Shown piece by piece: positions 1 to 12,747 of a stretch of DNA of 64,000 nucleotides. The position numbers and the translations under genes were made by a program. Position 1 is the first letter of the stretch, and each line of letters opens with the position of its first letter. Location of the stretch: the NCBI GenBank assembly GCA_002104945.1, contig MCFH01000065.1, forward strand, positions 62,001-126,000, in the 5' to 3' direction. Source of the stretch: Piromyces finnis finn. Its lineage: Eukaryota; Fungi; Neocallimastigomycota. The notes below the pieces were generated by a model. The model ran no database searches. It was given only the letters and a program-made list of their open reading frames with translations, and was not told where the DNA came from.

Positions 1-1319
1 AAAAAAATTAAAATTAAAATTAATGATGAATCATTAATGAAAGTAATATTAGTAATAAATAATACCATAAGATAATACTCCTAGTGCACCCTCAAATATT
101 ATTCAGGTGAAAAGAATTTTTTATAATTTTTATTCATAATAAATTAAATAATATTTGTGCGCCTATTGCTCCACTTCTTAATATTTACTTTAGAATTTCC
201 ACTTTTCCAAATCCATGTAGTCCGAAAGTTCCAAAAAAAAATTTTAAAATGAAATTTTTTAAATAACGAAATAAAATTTTTAAAACATTTTTCAAAATTC
301 AAATTTATTTTTAAAATTTTTTCATTTAAATCTTGGTAATAGGCATACCACTATCATTTACTAATATTACTGTTTTATGTGATCATTAGTGAATTACAGA
401 ATTTAATAATATAGGACTTTCCTAATTTAATAAATTTAAACTAGATTACAACACAAAATGAAATATCATGTGACATAATGATAGACACATTTTATAAAAT
501 AAACTTTGGGGAGAATAGTATGTTAAGATGTTAAAGGTAGCAAAACAAAATTTAATACGGTTTAAAAAAGCATAGAAGTAATGGAATATTACTGTTGATA
601 AATTCTTAAATAATATTAAATCATTTAAATATAAACCATGTATTTAATATATTAAAGAAAAATAAAATCATGAAATGAACAATTGCATTTATTCTATAAA
701 TATTTTATGCTATATATAAGAAATTATTAAAAATAAGTGAAGTTATTACTTTTATTGTGATGTTTATTTACTTATATGGTTTGCTTCATATAATAATACA
801 TTGAAAAAGAGAAAATAAGATACACTGATTTTGACTATTGAGGTTTCGAAATTATAAATCTACTTCAGAAGGTAGAACACTTATAAACAATAATCTATTT
901 TATTGAGTATTTAAAAGTATACTAGTGTGGCTTCATTTACTATTGAGGCTGAGCATAATGATTGTCCAAGAACTATACATATGGTCACGTGATATTTTTT
1001 AAAAGTATAGCCATGAACTAAAAGGGTTGAAAATATAATTTTAATTCAAAAATTGTGAGGAAACAATAATTAGTTAAAACATAGTAATTAATATTTTTTA
1101 GTTTAATATTTAAAATATATTAAATTTACTTTCAATTTTTTTAATTTAAGTATTTTAAAAAGAACTTTAATTTTAAATATTTCAAATATTTTTAATATTT
1201 AAAATAATTATAAAGACTTTTTTAGAATAGTTTAATAATTTTAACATAGTTTTAAAAATAGATTTGTTTATATTTCAATAGGAAATATATTAAGAATAGC
1301 ATTGATAATATTAAATTAA

Positions 1320-1661
1320 TTTATAGAAAATACATGGGCTTTATTCAATTTTGAGTTTACTCAAATTGAATTAAAAGTATAATGAATTAGTTTTAGTTTA
1401 GTTTTGTTATTTTATTATTTAATTAGATTAGTGTTGTTTATTTTATATTAAATATATGTTATTTAAATAGAATGATATATTAGAATATAATTATGAAAAA
1501 ATATAAATATATGTAATTTTTGTTTATTAAATTGATGTAATCGTTATTTTCAATTTTAATAATAAAATAATAATTTGTGATAAAAAATAATTATTTTTTA
1601 TTTTTGTGTTTAGTTGTTATATTGTTAAATATATAATCTGTTTTAATATTATTATTTTACA
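1320..1661 (+). mobile_element. Decayed 3' part of a Ty3 LTR related to family B (5' boundary not resolved), followed by a decayed PBS-like ATAACTATTC
   Basis: Colinear similarity to 14630-15004 (TACATGG, ATTCAATTT..CAAATTGAAT dyad, GATGTAAT(C/T)GTTATT, ends TTTTACA then ATAAC). Confidence 0.65.
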
Positions 1662-4042
1662 ATAACTATTCAATGAAAAAACAATAAATTATGACCACTT
1701 TTTCTATTCTAGTTTAATATTGTGGCTTAAATTCTATATGGTATTTAGTTATCATGTGATTTTGGAATGGAAAAGTCTTAAAAAACGAGTGTAATTCATG
1801 AGGTAAAAAGTATTATATAGTCTTTTTATTCTATTCTATTTTTTTGAATAAATTTTGAACAAAATACCTCTTTTTTTTAACTTTTTAGAAAAAAGAATGT
1901 AAAGTAGCATGGCGTTATTAAATTTATGTAATAATTACAAGACGTATTATAAAGTAAATGTAATATGTAGTTAAATTTTGATTAAATTTAGCCACAATAT
2001 AAATTAAAATAAGTTAAATATAAACTATTGAAATTTATATAGAAAGTAATAATAATAATTAGAATAACTTAGAAAATATCAAATTTTATTATAAACTTTA
2101 TTCATTAGTTCATTAGTAAAATGTAGTTAACGTAATGTAATGTATTAATAATGTATGTACTTTAGCATAAGCCATAAATTTTAGTATAAATACATACTTG
2201 TAATTGTTAATTAAAATCTTTGTAATGAAATATTAATAAATTACCATAATAAAGTAAATTTTAAAAACCCAATTAATAAATAAAATAAAAATATTTTAAA
2301 ATAAATGATAAATTCTATATTTTATTTGAATCTTTTATATTTATTTATACATTGATTTATATATGAATTAAGAAATAGAGAATTATTGATTGGATTAGTA
2401 AAAGAATAGTTAAAAATATTATTAAAATTAAAATATTCTAATAAATTATTAGATATTATTTGCATTAATACTATATTGATTAAAATTATTATTAATTAAA
2501 GGAATTTTCATTAAAATCCATTATTATATAATATTTGTTAATTCGTTAATTATATTTAAAGTAAAAAATATAATGAGAAAAAAAATTCATACCTTTTACT
2601 TTTATTTATATGTTGAGTGAGCTAGGATTGATATGTAACTTGGTCAGAATGTTTTATATAATACAACTTAATTTACCAATAAAATATTAAACTTATTTAT
2701 TATTAAATCTTTTCTTCAAAACTTAAAGAATTTAAATAATACTAATTTAAAAATTAAATAGGTTTTTATATTTAAAATAAAAATTTTAATATAATTATGA
2801 AATTTGTTTATTAATTATTTATTTATTAAGATAATATTTATTAAATTATATTATAGTTAATAATTAATAATTAATAATCTTACAAAGAATTTCAAAATTG
2901 ATTTCAATTCTTTGTTTAAATACTTTTTTCTTACATATAATAAAATTACATTGATATTAATATTGATATTAATAATAAAGATAAAAATAATTTTAAATTA
3001 AAATATTAATAATTGATATTGATATTAATAATATGAATTCATATAATAGATCTTAAGATTAATCTTTTAAACTACTTTTAAAATAAAAGTATTGTTTTAA
3101 CCATTTTAAATTGTAAATATTTAATATTATAAATTGAGAATAACAATTACTGATACTAATTATATATTCTCATGATTTAATTAATTAATAATTATTACGA
3201 ATAATTTTTGATCCAAAGGCTTTTTGGTTTGATTATGATTGAGGTTATTAATCAAAATTATTTGAAAAATTATTAATTAATTTTATAATTGATTAGGTTT
3301 ATAATCAAGAATATTTATTATCTAACCTTATTTAATAATAATGGAGAATTTTTAAATTGAATTATTTATAGAAAGTTGGATGACTTGAATAATGACTTTA
3401 ATTATATAAATTAATATTAATCATTTTAATATATATTATTATATATTTATTGGAACTAATTAATTATTTAAATAGCTATATCTCAAGAACTAGTGGTCTA
3501 AATTAGCTGAAAATTTGTGAGAATATAGATCTCGACTAGTACTTTCTAATAAAATTAATTTGAAGTCTCTAGAAAAGGAAAATAGGACACGAGATTCGGA
3601 AGTTATCGCTAGTTTCGTATAGTGCATTTTCTTCTCAAGGGTTAATTTATTGAAAATTAAATTTTTGTGATCCATAACCCTTTTCAATATTAAATTTTTC
3701 CAAGTGATCTTTTTAATTATTTTTAAAAGTGTTTTATACTTTTTGAAATATAAATTTGATTTTTAAATTGTTTATTTGAATATTTAATTTATTTTTTAAT
3801 CGTCTTCTATTCTTGACATTATAAATAAAATTTCTATTATTCTTTATAATTTATTATTAATGTAACGATGATGCGTTGACTGATATATTTGTGAATAATA
3901 TAATGTTTTTAATAAATAATAAATTCTATATTATTATGATGAAACAATAAATTTAAAATAAAATATGTTTTATAATTAACAAATAAATCACTCAAAACTC
4001 GAAAATAAACTCATATTATGTTTTAAATTAAATCTTTATTAT

Positions 4043-4481
4043 TGTAAAGAAATGTGTCTTTAACAATAAAACAAATTATAATATTTACTAAATAACTTAG
4101 TAATATTAACACTTTAAAATATTCTGTAAATTATTAATTTATAAAAATATCATTAAAAACACATAGAATTTAACTTAATAAGTTAGTGTTTAATAATATA
4201 ATTATTTATTAATAAAATCTCGATTCTTTAAAATATTTGGGAAAATTCACTCGTATTTATACTAAAAATTTTTTAAATTAATTTATAAAATTTTTTCAAC
4301 TTAAAATTCTTAACCAATCAATAATCTTCATATAAAATAAAATTTAAAAATAAAATAAAATAAAATAAAATTATAATTTTTTTAAAATAGTATCTATGAG
4401 GTCTCGAACTAGTGTCATTCAGACTCAAAGTCTTAGCTACTAACCACTAAGACAATTTAGTTATTTCTAGTATTCGTTACA
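4043..4481 (-). repeat. 3' LTR of family A element
   Basis: Direct repeat of 10119-10557; minus strand begins TGTAACGAAT and ends CTTTACA. Confidence 0.97.
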
Positions 4482-4493
4482 TGGTCCTCCTCC
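4482..4493 (-). other. Polypurine tract (PPT) of family A element
   Basis: Minus strand reads ...CCTGGAGGAGGACCA immediately before the 3' LTR. Confidence 0.7.
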
Positions 4494-4787
4494 AGGATTC
4501 GGATACCAGACGAATCTAGAATTTTAATATTTAAATATATGTTTTTCTTTTTTAATAAACTAAACTAAGGAGTGAATTTTCTTAATTATAAAAATACATT
4601 TAATATAATAAAATACATTTTTTTTTAATATTACTAAAGTTAAAAATAAAATATTGATAAATTTGATATTAATAAATTGTTTAATAATAAAATTGATATT
4701 GATAATGATATTAATAAGTTTTGATAATAATAATAATTGTGATTTTAATATTAATAATAAATATAATTTGAATTTTTTAACTATTTT

Positions 4788-7700
4788 TTATTTCTTTCTA
4801 TTAAATTTTTTAAGTAGCCCCTTGCAATTTAGATTTTCTTCAGGCTCCCACGAAGCTTCATTGATTGAATACCCTTTCCATTTAATCAGGTATTGTATTT
4901 TTCCGTAATGTCTTCTTTTATCCAGAATTTCTTCAACTTCGTATTCTTCATTGTCAACGGTAATAGGTGGCGGTGGTGGTTGAGATCTTCCAAATTTATC
5001 TTCGACATATTTCTCGAGATTGGATACATGAATAACTGGATGAATCTTAATAGATTTTGGGAGACTTAATTTAAATGTAACATTTGATATTTTTTCCAAG
5101 ATTTTGTATGGGCCGAGTTTTCTTGGCTTAAATTTTTTATTTCCTTTGTGGATAATTAAAGAACTATCCAGCCAAACTTTGTCACCAACTTTAAAATTCG
5201 GAGCTTCTTTTCTACGTTTGTCAGCATGCTTCTTCTGGGTTTCCATGGCAGATTTTAAATTTTCTTTTAAGGTATTAATTAAAGTTTTAAAATCTCTTGT
5301 AAACTCTTCTGCTCTTGGGACTTTAGATAAGTCTGGAATAACTGGTGAATATTTTGGATGAAAGCCGTAATTCAAAAAGAATGGAGAAAATTTGGATGAT
5401 TCTTGAACCACGTTGTTATAACTAAATTCTGCAAGACTAAGAAAACTTTTCCAATTTGAACCTTTATAATTTGAGAAACATCTTAAATATTGTTCTATAA
5501 CGGAGTTCACCCTCTCCGTCTGACCGTTTGATTGATGATGAAATGGAGTAGACAACTTAAGTTCAATGCCAAGGGAGGAACAGATGGATTGGAAGAATTT
5601 AGAAGTAAATTGAGAACCTCTATCCGAGACAATAGATTCAGGTAGGCCATGAAAACGGAAAATATTATCAATAAAGGCTGTGGCTGTTTCGGCGGCGGAA
5701 GGAATACTTTTGAACGGAATGAGATGAACCATTTTTGTAAGACGATCAACAACAACAAGAATGCAAGTGAAACCAGAAGATGAAGGCAAATCTGTAATGA
5801 AATCCATTGAAATGGATGACCAAGGACGCTCAGCAATATCAAGAGGATTCAGAAGACCATAAGGTTTATGACGAAAGGTTTTTGAACGACAACAAACTTC
5901 ACAAGAACGAACGTAGTCTTTAACATCAGAAGAAATAGAAGGCCACCAGAAGTCTCTAGCAATAAGAGAAGATGTTTTCTTTATTCCGAAATGACCAGCT
6001 GAAGGAGAGTCGTGACAGAGTTTAAGAATTGAAAGACGACAATTTGGAGGAACATAGATTCTGTCAGTAAAAAGGAGAAAACTATTGCTTAAGGAAAATT
6101 TGTCAATTTGAGGGTGAGGTATTGGAGGTTTCCTACAATCAAGATATTCACAGATTTTATTGTAAAAGTCATCATTTATATATTCGGAAAGAAAAGAATC
6201 ACTAATGGACGAAACAGAAGTCACAATGGCACAAAAGTTTTCAGGGCGAAGAACATTAAAAGGAACATCAGAAGAGGAATTCGAATTGATAGCATAATCA
6301 GGACGACGAGATAGAGCATCAGGCTTACCGTTAGAAGAACCAGAACGATAAATAATAACAAAGTTAAATTCAGAGAGAAACAAAGCCCAGCGAACAAGAC
6401 GTTGAGACATTTTTTCAGGTTTCTTTTGATAGAGTAAATTTCGATGATCCGAGTAAATCTTAAAAGTAGAAGAAGAGCCTTTAAGTAGATGACGCCATGT
6501 TTCAAGAGCAGCAACGATAGCTACGAGCTCTTTATCATATATTGGATAATTACGTTCAGGACCAGTAAGAGAGCGAGAAAAGAAAGCAACTGGATGGGTC
6601 ATATTATCAATTGGAGAGACTTGCGAGAGAATAGCACCAATGGCAAAGTTACTTGAATCAGTTTCGACTATGAATGGAAGTTCACGATTAGGAAATATAA
6701 GAACAGGAGCAGAAACAAATAAGGACTTGAGTGAATCGAAAGCATCTTGAGCTTCTTTAGACCATACAAATTTAACATTTTTCTTCAAAAGTTTATGCAA
6801 AGGATGAGCGATCTTTGCAAAATTTGGAATAAATCGACGGTAGTAGTTCGCAAGACCAAGAAAAGATTGAACCTCTTTAACATTAGATGGAGTAGGCCAG
6901 TTTAAAATAGAAGAAACTTTATTTGGGTCCATGTGAATACCATCAGTAGAAATCCTATGACCAAGGAAATCAATAAAAGAAACAAAAAACTCGCATTTTT
7001 CCAATTTAGCATAGAGCCCAGCATCCCTCAGGAGTTTCAAAACAGTTTTGACATGAGAAATATGAGATTTATAATCAGAGGAAAAAATAATAATATCATC
7101 TATGTAAGAGAAAGCGAATTTACCAAGAACGTCTTCAAGAACATCATTAATGAAATGTTGAAAAACAGCAGGTGCATTTTTCAACCCAAAAGGCATCACA
7201 CAGTATTCAAAATGACCTAACTTGCAAGTAAAAGCGGTTTTATATTCATCACCACTTTTAATCCTGACCAAGTTATAGGCAGAACGAAGATCCAATTTTG
7301 AGAAAATCTTCCCTTTTCCAAGATGTTCAAGCATATCTTGTATAAGAGGAAGGGGATAAGAATCACGAATAGTTATGGAGTTTAATTGGCGATAGTCAAC
7401 ACACATACGAAGTTGACCGTTTTTCTTAGGTACAAACAGAATAGGAGCTCCCGCAGGCGATTTTGATTTTCTAATAAATCCTTTCTTGAGATTTTCTTTT
7501 ATATATTCTTCTAAAGCAATTGATTCGGTTTCTGTTAGAGGATAAATCGGTCCATAAAACAGTTTTGAATTTTCTTTGAGTTTTATTTCACAATCGTATG
7601 GACGGTGTGGAGGAAGTTTTTCAGCATTAGATTCATTGAAGACATCAGCAAAGTCAGAGAGAACATCCGGAAGTATAATAGAAGAATTGGGTTCTGATTT

Positions 7701-9227
7701 AGAGTTTGAATCGGATTTGAGAATAGAATTGGATTGAATATTAGAATCAGAAAAAGAAGTCAAAACAGAAGTTGGTTCTTGATTTGAGAGAGACGAAGTA
7801 GAAAAGTTAACAGAAGACTTCTTAGAAACAGAATTGTTAATATTTTTTGAAGAACCCGAACAGAGAATAGTACAAGTACGATTAGTTTCGTTTTGAGATT
7901 GGATGTTTTGTTTATCGACAAATATAGGGTAAGCGAATGAATCATGCGGAGGTTCGTAGGAAGGATCTTCCATTGCAGGAAAAGCAGATCTTTCTTCAGG
8001 AAATTCAGAGACATTATTGGAGAGTGTTATACAACGATTATAACAGTAATCGGATACAAATGAAATTTTGTTCTTTGTGAAATCGATAGAAGGATTGTGT
8101 TCTTTAAGCCAGTCTATTCCAAGAATACAAGGATAATAAGGTAGATCAGTTACATAGAATTGTGTTCGACAGAGATGATCTTTGTAGCGAAGATTCAAAG
8201 GAGATGTAATTCCAAAAAGAGATTGTCGACCACCGATACCAACGATATTTGGGAGGTTACCATCATCATGATAAGGAATGTTATTATCGTTACAGTAATC
8301 TACATCAATTAAATTAAGTTTGGATCCTGAGTCAATAAGAATATCCGTATTTAGTTCATAAGAAAGTTTAAATTTAGTTGTCATTTTATTATGAGTTTTG
8401 TTTTCTTCTTTAGGAGCGGATATAAGTGTGGGAATAGATATTAGTGAAGGATTTTCACGATCTTTATTCTTTCTTTTTGGACAATTATTAATCTTATGAC
8501 TTGAAGCACCACAATACACACAAAGATTTTCTTTCTTTCTTCTTTCCTTTTCTTCGTTTGAGATAGGGCCATGGTTATTCCTGTTTGTAATGGACTTTGT
8601 TATTTTTGAAGAGTGATGAAAAGATCTTTTCTTTCGGTTTTGGTCATTGTTTGAACCAGAAGGGAAAAAGGTATGGTGTGTAGATAATCTTGAATCGATT
8701 CTTGAAGCAATAGTCTGTAATGAAAGAAGATCCCTAGGACCCGGAAACATTTCCAAAATACGAACTGCAACTTGTTGATTAAGGCCAGCTATAAATGCAT
8801 CCATTTTGGCTTGTTCATTCCAGTTTGATTCATCAGCATAGCGGTTAAATTCCAAGATATAGCCTCTAATTCCTCCTAATCGGCGTTGTTTTAAGGTTCT
8901 AAGCATTTGATTTGCAACATAGGTAGCATCGTTATAACCATAAAAAGCCTTAAATCTGTCAACAAAAGCTTGGTAGTTATTAAGACACGGATCATGGTTG
9001 TTTATAAGAGTAGCAGCCCAATTCATAGCGTCCCCATAAAGTCTTGATATTATATAGAGAATTTTGGTTGCGTCGTCTTGATACCGTTCAGGATATAGCA
9101 TAAACACTAGCTCCACCTTAGCTAAGAAACCCTTCAGATACCTGCGATCCCCTGCAAAACCATCCTTAAGAGTTGCGTTTTCGAAAATATTATTATTATC
9201 CATGTGGTTGTTTTCGTTCTCTTCCAT
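4788..9227 (-). CDS. Gag-Pol polyprotein (capsid, CCHC knuckle, aspartic protease, RT, RNase H, integrase, chromodomain), 1479 aa
   Basis: Retrotrans-gag-like N-terminus; [14 protein letters not shown] knuckle; LIDSGS protease; YIDD RT; [10 protein letters not shown] RNase H; [26 protein letters not shown] and LGPYKI integrase motifs; [26 protein letters not shown] chromodomain. Confidence 0.98.
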   Translation of the reverse strand: MEENENNHMDNNNIFENATLKDGFAGDRRYLKGFLAKVELVFMLYPERYQDDATKILYIISRLYGDAMNWAATLINNHDPCLNNYQAFVDRFKAFYGYNDATYVANQMLRTLKQRRLGGIRGYILEFNRYADESNWNEQAKMDAFIAGLNQQVAVRILEMFPGPRDLLSLQTIASRIDSRLSTHHTFFPSGSNNDQNRKKRSFHHSSKITKSITNRNNHGPISNEEKERRKKENLCVYCGASSHKINNCPKRKNKDRENPSLISIPTLISAPKEENKTHNKMTTKFKLSYELNTDILIDSGSKLNLIDVDYCNDNNIPYHDDGNLPNIVGIGGRQSLFGITSPLNLRYKDHLCRTQFYVTDLPYYPCILGIDWLKEHNPSIDFTKNKISFVSDYCYNRCITLSNNVSEFPEERSAFPAMEDPSYEPPHDSFAYPIFVDKQNIQSQNETNRTCTILCSGSSKNINNSVSKKSSVNFSTSSLSNQEPTSVLTSFSDSNIQSNSILKSDSNSKSEPNSSIILPDVLSDFADVFNESNAEKLPPHRPYDCEIKLKENSKLFYGPIYPLTETESIALEEYIKENLKKGFIRKSKSPAGAPILFVPKKNGQLRMCVDYRQLNSITIRDSYPLPLIQDMLEHLGKGKIFSKLDLRSAYNLVRIKSGDEYKTAFTCKLGHFEYCVMPFGLKNAPAVFQHFINDVLEDVLGKFAFSYIDDIIIFSSDYKSHISHVKTVLKLLRDAGLYAKLEKCEFFVSFIDFLGHRISTDGIHMDPNKVSSILNWPTPSNVKEVQSFLGLANYYRRFIPNFAKIAHPLHKLLKKNVKFVWSKEAQDAFDSLKSLFVSAPVLIFPNRELPFIVETDSSNFAIGAILSQVSPIDNMTHPVAFFSRSLTGPERNYPIYDKELVAIVAALETWRHLLKGSSSTFKIYSDHRNLLYQKKPEKMSQRLVRWALFLSEFNFVIIYRSGSSNGKPDALSRRPDYAINSNSSSDVPFNVLRPENFCAIVTSVSSISDSFLSEYINDDFYNKICEYLDCRKPPIPHPQIDKFSLSNSFLLFTDRIYVPPNCRLSILKLCHDSPSAGHFGIKKTSSLIARDFWWPSISSDVKDYVRSCEVCCRSKTFRHKPYGLLNPLDIAERPWSSISMDFITDLPSSSGFTCILVVVDRLTKMVHLIPFKSIPSAAETATAFIDNIFRFHGLPESIVSDRGSQFTSKFFQSICSSLGIELKLSTPFHHQSNGQTERVNSVIEQYLRCFSNYKGSNWKSFLSLAEFSYNNVVQESSKFSPFFLNYGFHPKYSPVIPDLSKVPRAEEFTRDFKTLINTLKENLKSAMETQKKHADKRRKEAPNFKVGDKVWLDSSLIIHKGNKKFKPRKLGPYKILEKISNVTFKLSLPKSIKIHPVIHVSNLEKYVEDKFGRSQPPPPPITVDNEEYEVEEILDKRRHYGKIQYLIKWKGYSINEASWEPEENLNCKGLLKKFNRKK

Positions 9228-10108
9228 AGTACTTATGATGTTTTCTTTAATAAGCTTTAATAAATTTGTAAAAATAATAGAATAAAGTATTTAATTATAT
9301 TTATTAATTGAGTAAATCTTTTTATTAAATAATAATACAAACCAGATTATATAGTGTTAAACCATCAAATATATAACCTGTTTTATTCTTTATAATAAGT
9401 CCTTCGTAGCTCTTCACGATAACACGTATAAAGTCGATTGTTAATATTAATTAAATTAATAAAAGAAAGGAACGGTGTAAAAATTTTTTTTAGTGTCTAA
9501 CTTATTGTTAGCAATAAAAATTATTACAGGTTTTCTTTCCCTATATCAACCTTATCCGAACGTAGAAGTATTATGTATAAGAGTTTAACTTCTCACGCTA
9601 AAGGAGTTATAAAGAATATTATTTTATTTTATTACAATTTTAATAAATTGTCTTAACAATTAATAATTATAATTAAAAATTAGAAATTGTTTTATTAGAA
9701 AACTTAATTTTAAAATGTATTAATTAAGAAATATTATTTTATTAAAGTAAGGCATTTCCGGCTATTTTCCGGTCTATAATCAAACAGCAAAAGATAGTAT
9801 ACAACTATAAATCTCACGCCAGCTTGCTTATTACAGCGTCTTGTACGTGGTGTACCTCGGATTCTCCTACTTCCTTATTCAAAGTAGAATAGCTCAGAGC
9901 CTGCCAACCCAATTATTGTACAGGTTAAACTCGATCCCGTTAATCTTTTACTTTTTATAGTTTGAATTATATACCGCTTCTAAAGCGTACTAATTCTACT
10001 ACTTTAAGTAAAAATATTTCTTTAAAGAAAAGCTTCAACAATAAAACTTAAAAGTTTTATCTATAACAATTCCTTAAACACTAAGGTATTAAGCTTTTAT
10101 ATTATAAG

Positions 10109-10118
10109 GAGATTTTAT
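10109..10118 (-). other. Self-priming (Tf1-type) primer binding site of family A
   Basis: Minus strand ATAAAATCTC directly after the 5' LTR is the exact complement of GAGATTTTAT inside the LTR (plus 10288-10297); no TGG tRNA-type PBS on the coding strand. Confidence 0.8.
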
Positions 10119-10557
10119 TGTAAAGAAATGTGTCTTTAACAATAAAACAAATTATAATATTTACTAAATAACTTAGTAATATTAACACTTTAAAATATTC
10201 TGTAAATTATTAATTTATAAAAATATCATTAAAAACACATAGAATTTAACTTAATAAGTTAGTGTTTAATAATATAATTATTTATTAATAAAATCTCGAT
10301 TCTTTAAAATATTTGGGAAAATTCACTCGTATTTATACTAAAAATTTTTTAAATTAATTTATAAAATTTTTTCAACTTAAAATTCTTAACCAATCAATAA
10401 TCTTCATATAAAATAAAATTTAAAAATAAAATAAAATAAAATAAAATTATAATTTTTTTAAAATAGTATCTATGAGGTCTCGAACTAGTGTCATTCAGAC
10501 TCAAAGTCTTAGCTACTAACCACTAAGACAATTTAGTTATTTCTAGTATTCGTTACA
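10119..10557 (-). repeat. 5' LTR of family A element
   Basis: Direct repeat of 4043-4481. Confidence 0.97.
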
Positions 10558-12312
10558 ATTATATTTTATAATTTATTTATTATCTTTTTATGGTCTTTTT
10601 ATTCTCTATTTATTGTCTGATTTTTATGAAGAAGAAATTTATCTTCCTTTTATTCATTTTCATTTATTACATGTATTATTATTTTTAACTATTAAATATT
10701 ATTATTCCTATTGTTATTATTTATTAAAATTAAAAGAATAAATTAAAATTATATCTTAGTATTATAAAATATTATAGAATATTACTTATTTGATTTTCTT
10801 ATTACTTCAAAATGTTTAAATTTAGAAAAATTATTATAAATTAACATTGACTATCATTAAATGTATAATACCTTGAATAAAATAATTAAAATTTAAAATT
10901 AAAATAAAATTAAAATAAAATTAAAATAAAATTAAGACAAAATTAAAATATTAAAAGTATCAATTATTATAAACACTCATTTTATACAGAAACATAAAAG
11001 AGTTCTGTATTTTATCTTTAGAATTGTTATTATTGTTCTATTTCCAGGTTTTAAGTTTATCACTTTTAGTAATAATTACTCAATTAATTATTTATTAATT
11101 TATAAGTTTAAAAGAATTTCTAAAGAACACTTGGATAAAACACTAGAATTAATAATTTGATGTATACCATTTTATTTTTAGTTTATTTATTCATTTTTAT
11201 TTATTTATTATTATTTTATTATTTTAGTACATTATTGGATTAAGTCGTTTTATTTATTTAATAATTTATTTTATTATTATCACTATTAGGTCGTTTTTAC
11301 TCAGAATTTATTATATAATAAAGAGAATATTATTTATTTAAGAAGAAAGGGTTATATTTTCATAAAATTATTATTCATTCATTTTTAAGGGTTATTTTCA
11401 TTTATTTTTATTATAAGCTACTATGGGTTAAGTCGTGTTTATTCAGCTAGTTTTTATTATGTTTTTATGGGAGTAGCGTATCAACGTGTAGTAATTTTAT
11501 TATAATATTTATATTAAATACTATAATACAATTACTTGTCGATAACTCAATATTAAAATTTAATATTAAATTATATGTATATGGAAAGAAATAATAAAAA
11601 ATTAAATATGAAATTAAAAAAACTAGAACTTAACGAGTTTATTATAAGGATTTATAATAAACAACAAAAAACACAAATGGGAAGAGGGATGAGAATAAAA
11701 TGGATAATATAAGAATTATGTTTTATTAATAATATGATTTTTTATTAATTAATTTTTATTAAATAAAATTATTTGTTATTTATTATAATTAATTTTTCTT
11801 ATAATAATAACTCTTGAATTCTAAAGAATTTCAAGAGTGTTTATTTATATTTTTATTAAAAAATAAGGTTAAATAAATGAGTTCTAATCTTAACAAATAA
11901 AATGTTTAGGAAAAGACTAGAAGAAAAACCTAAACAAGTTTTCAACCAATATTCTAATCATATTGATCATCGTGTAAATTTTAAGTAAAACCAATTATTT
12001 GTAATAATAATCGGAAAAACCTTAAAATACCGATTTCCTAAAGTAAATCCGTGTTTAGATATAACAGGTAAATTAATTAGTAATATATAATTAAAGGGTA
12101 AAATTACGGATTCTTGTATATAAATATTATTTAAAAATCAAATGAACAAATTATTATTTAATTAAATAAATTAAATAAATTATATAAATATATGAAATAT
12201 ATTTAACTAAATAAATTAAATAAATACTTTAAGTGTATAAAATATTATTAACTAAATTATTAAACTAATAAGAAATATTAATTATTTAGATTGAAATAAT
12301 TATTATTTCTTA

Positions 12313-12747
12313 CACAACGAATACTAGAAATAACTAAATTGTTTTAGTGGTTAGTAGCTAAGACTTTGAGTCTGAATGACACTAGTTCGAGACCTTAAAA
12401 AGATACTATTTTAAAAAATTATAATTTTATTTTATTTTATTTTTAAATTTTATTTTATATGAAGATTATTGATTGGCTAAGAATTTTAAGTTGAAAAAAT
12501 TTTATAAATTAATTTAAAAAATTTTTAGTATAAATACGAGTGAATTTTCCCAAATATTTTAAAAAATCGAGATTTTATTAATAAATAATTATATTATTAA
12601 ACACTAACTTATTAAGTTAAATTCTATGTGTTTTTAATGATATTTTTATAAATTAATAATTTACAGAATATTTTAAAGTGTTAATATTACTAAGTTATTT
12701 AGTAAATATTATAATTTGTTTTATTGTTAAAGACACATTTCTTTACA
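12313..12747 (+). mobile_element. Solo LTR of family A, opposite orientation, slightly diverged
   Basis: Reverse complement of 10119-10557 with a few substitutions/indels; 5' TGT degraded to CAC; ends CTTTACA; no clear TSD. Confidence 0.92.

Larger units (their letters stand above)
4043..10557 (-). mobile_element. Full-length Ty3/Gypsy chromovirus LTR retrotransposon (family A)
   Basis: Two 439-bp TG..CA LTRs (4043-4481, 10119-10557) with no difference found by eye; 5-bp TSD ATTAT (4038-4042 and 10558-10562); uninterrupted gag-pol ORF; purine tract GGAGGAGGA next to the 3' LTR on the minus strand. Confidence 0.97.

Noticed and set aside
1717-2000. ATATTGTGGCT..AGCCACAATAT inverted repeat as MITE termini
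   Set aside because: Only about 11 bp, with no TSD and no second copy in the window.
3490-3687. 65-aa ORF, possibly a transposase or integrase remnant
   Set aside because: No convincing motif. The flanking 2900-3040 region resembles the family A 3' UTR, but the evidence is too decayed to call.
4400-4453. Functional tRNA-Gln gene
   Set aside because: The acceptor stem and T-stem cannot pair, so it is reported only as a tRNA-like cassette.
4482-4501. TGGTCCTCCTCCAGGATTCG after the left LTR looks like a canonical tRNA PBS on the + strand (complement CGAATCCTGGAGGAGGACCA)
   Set aside because: The ORF and the self-priming PBS both define the minus strand as sense, where this sequence is the PPT. 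It is also one base short of a tRNA T-loop-to-CCA spacing. It merits a tRNA search but is not called.
5104-8014. Short ORFs overlapping gag-pol in other frames or on the other strand
   Set aside because: Shadow ORFs of the long coding sequence, with no motifs.
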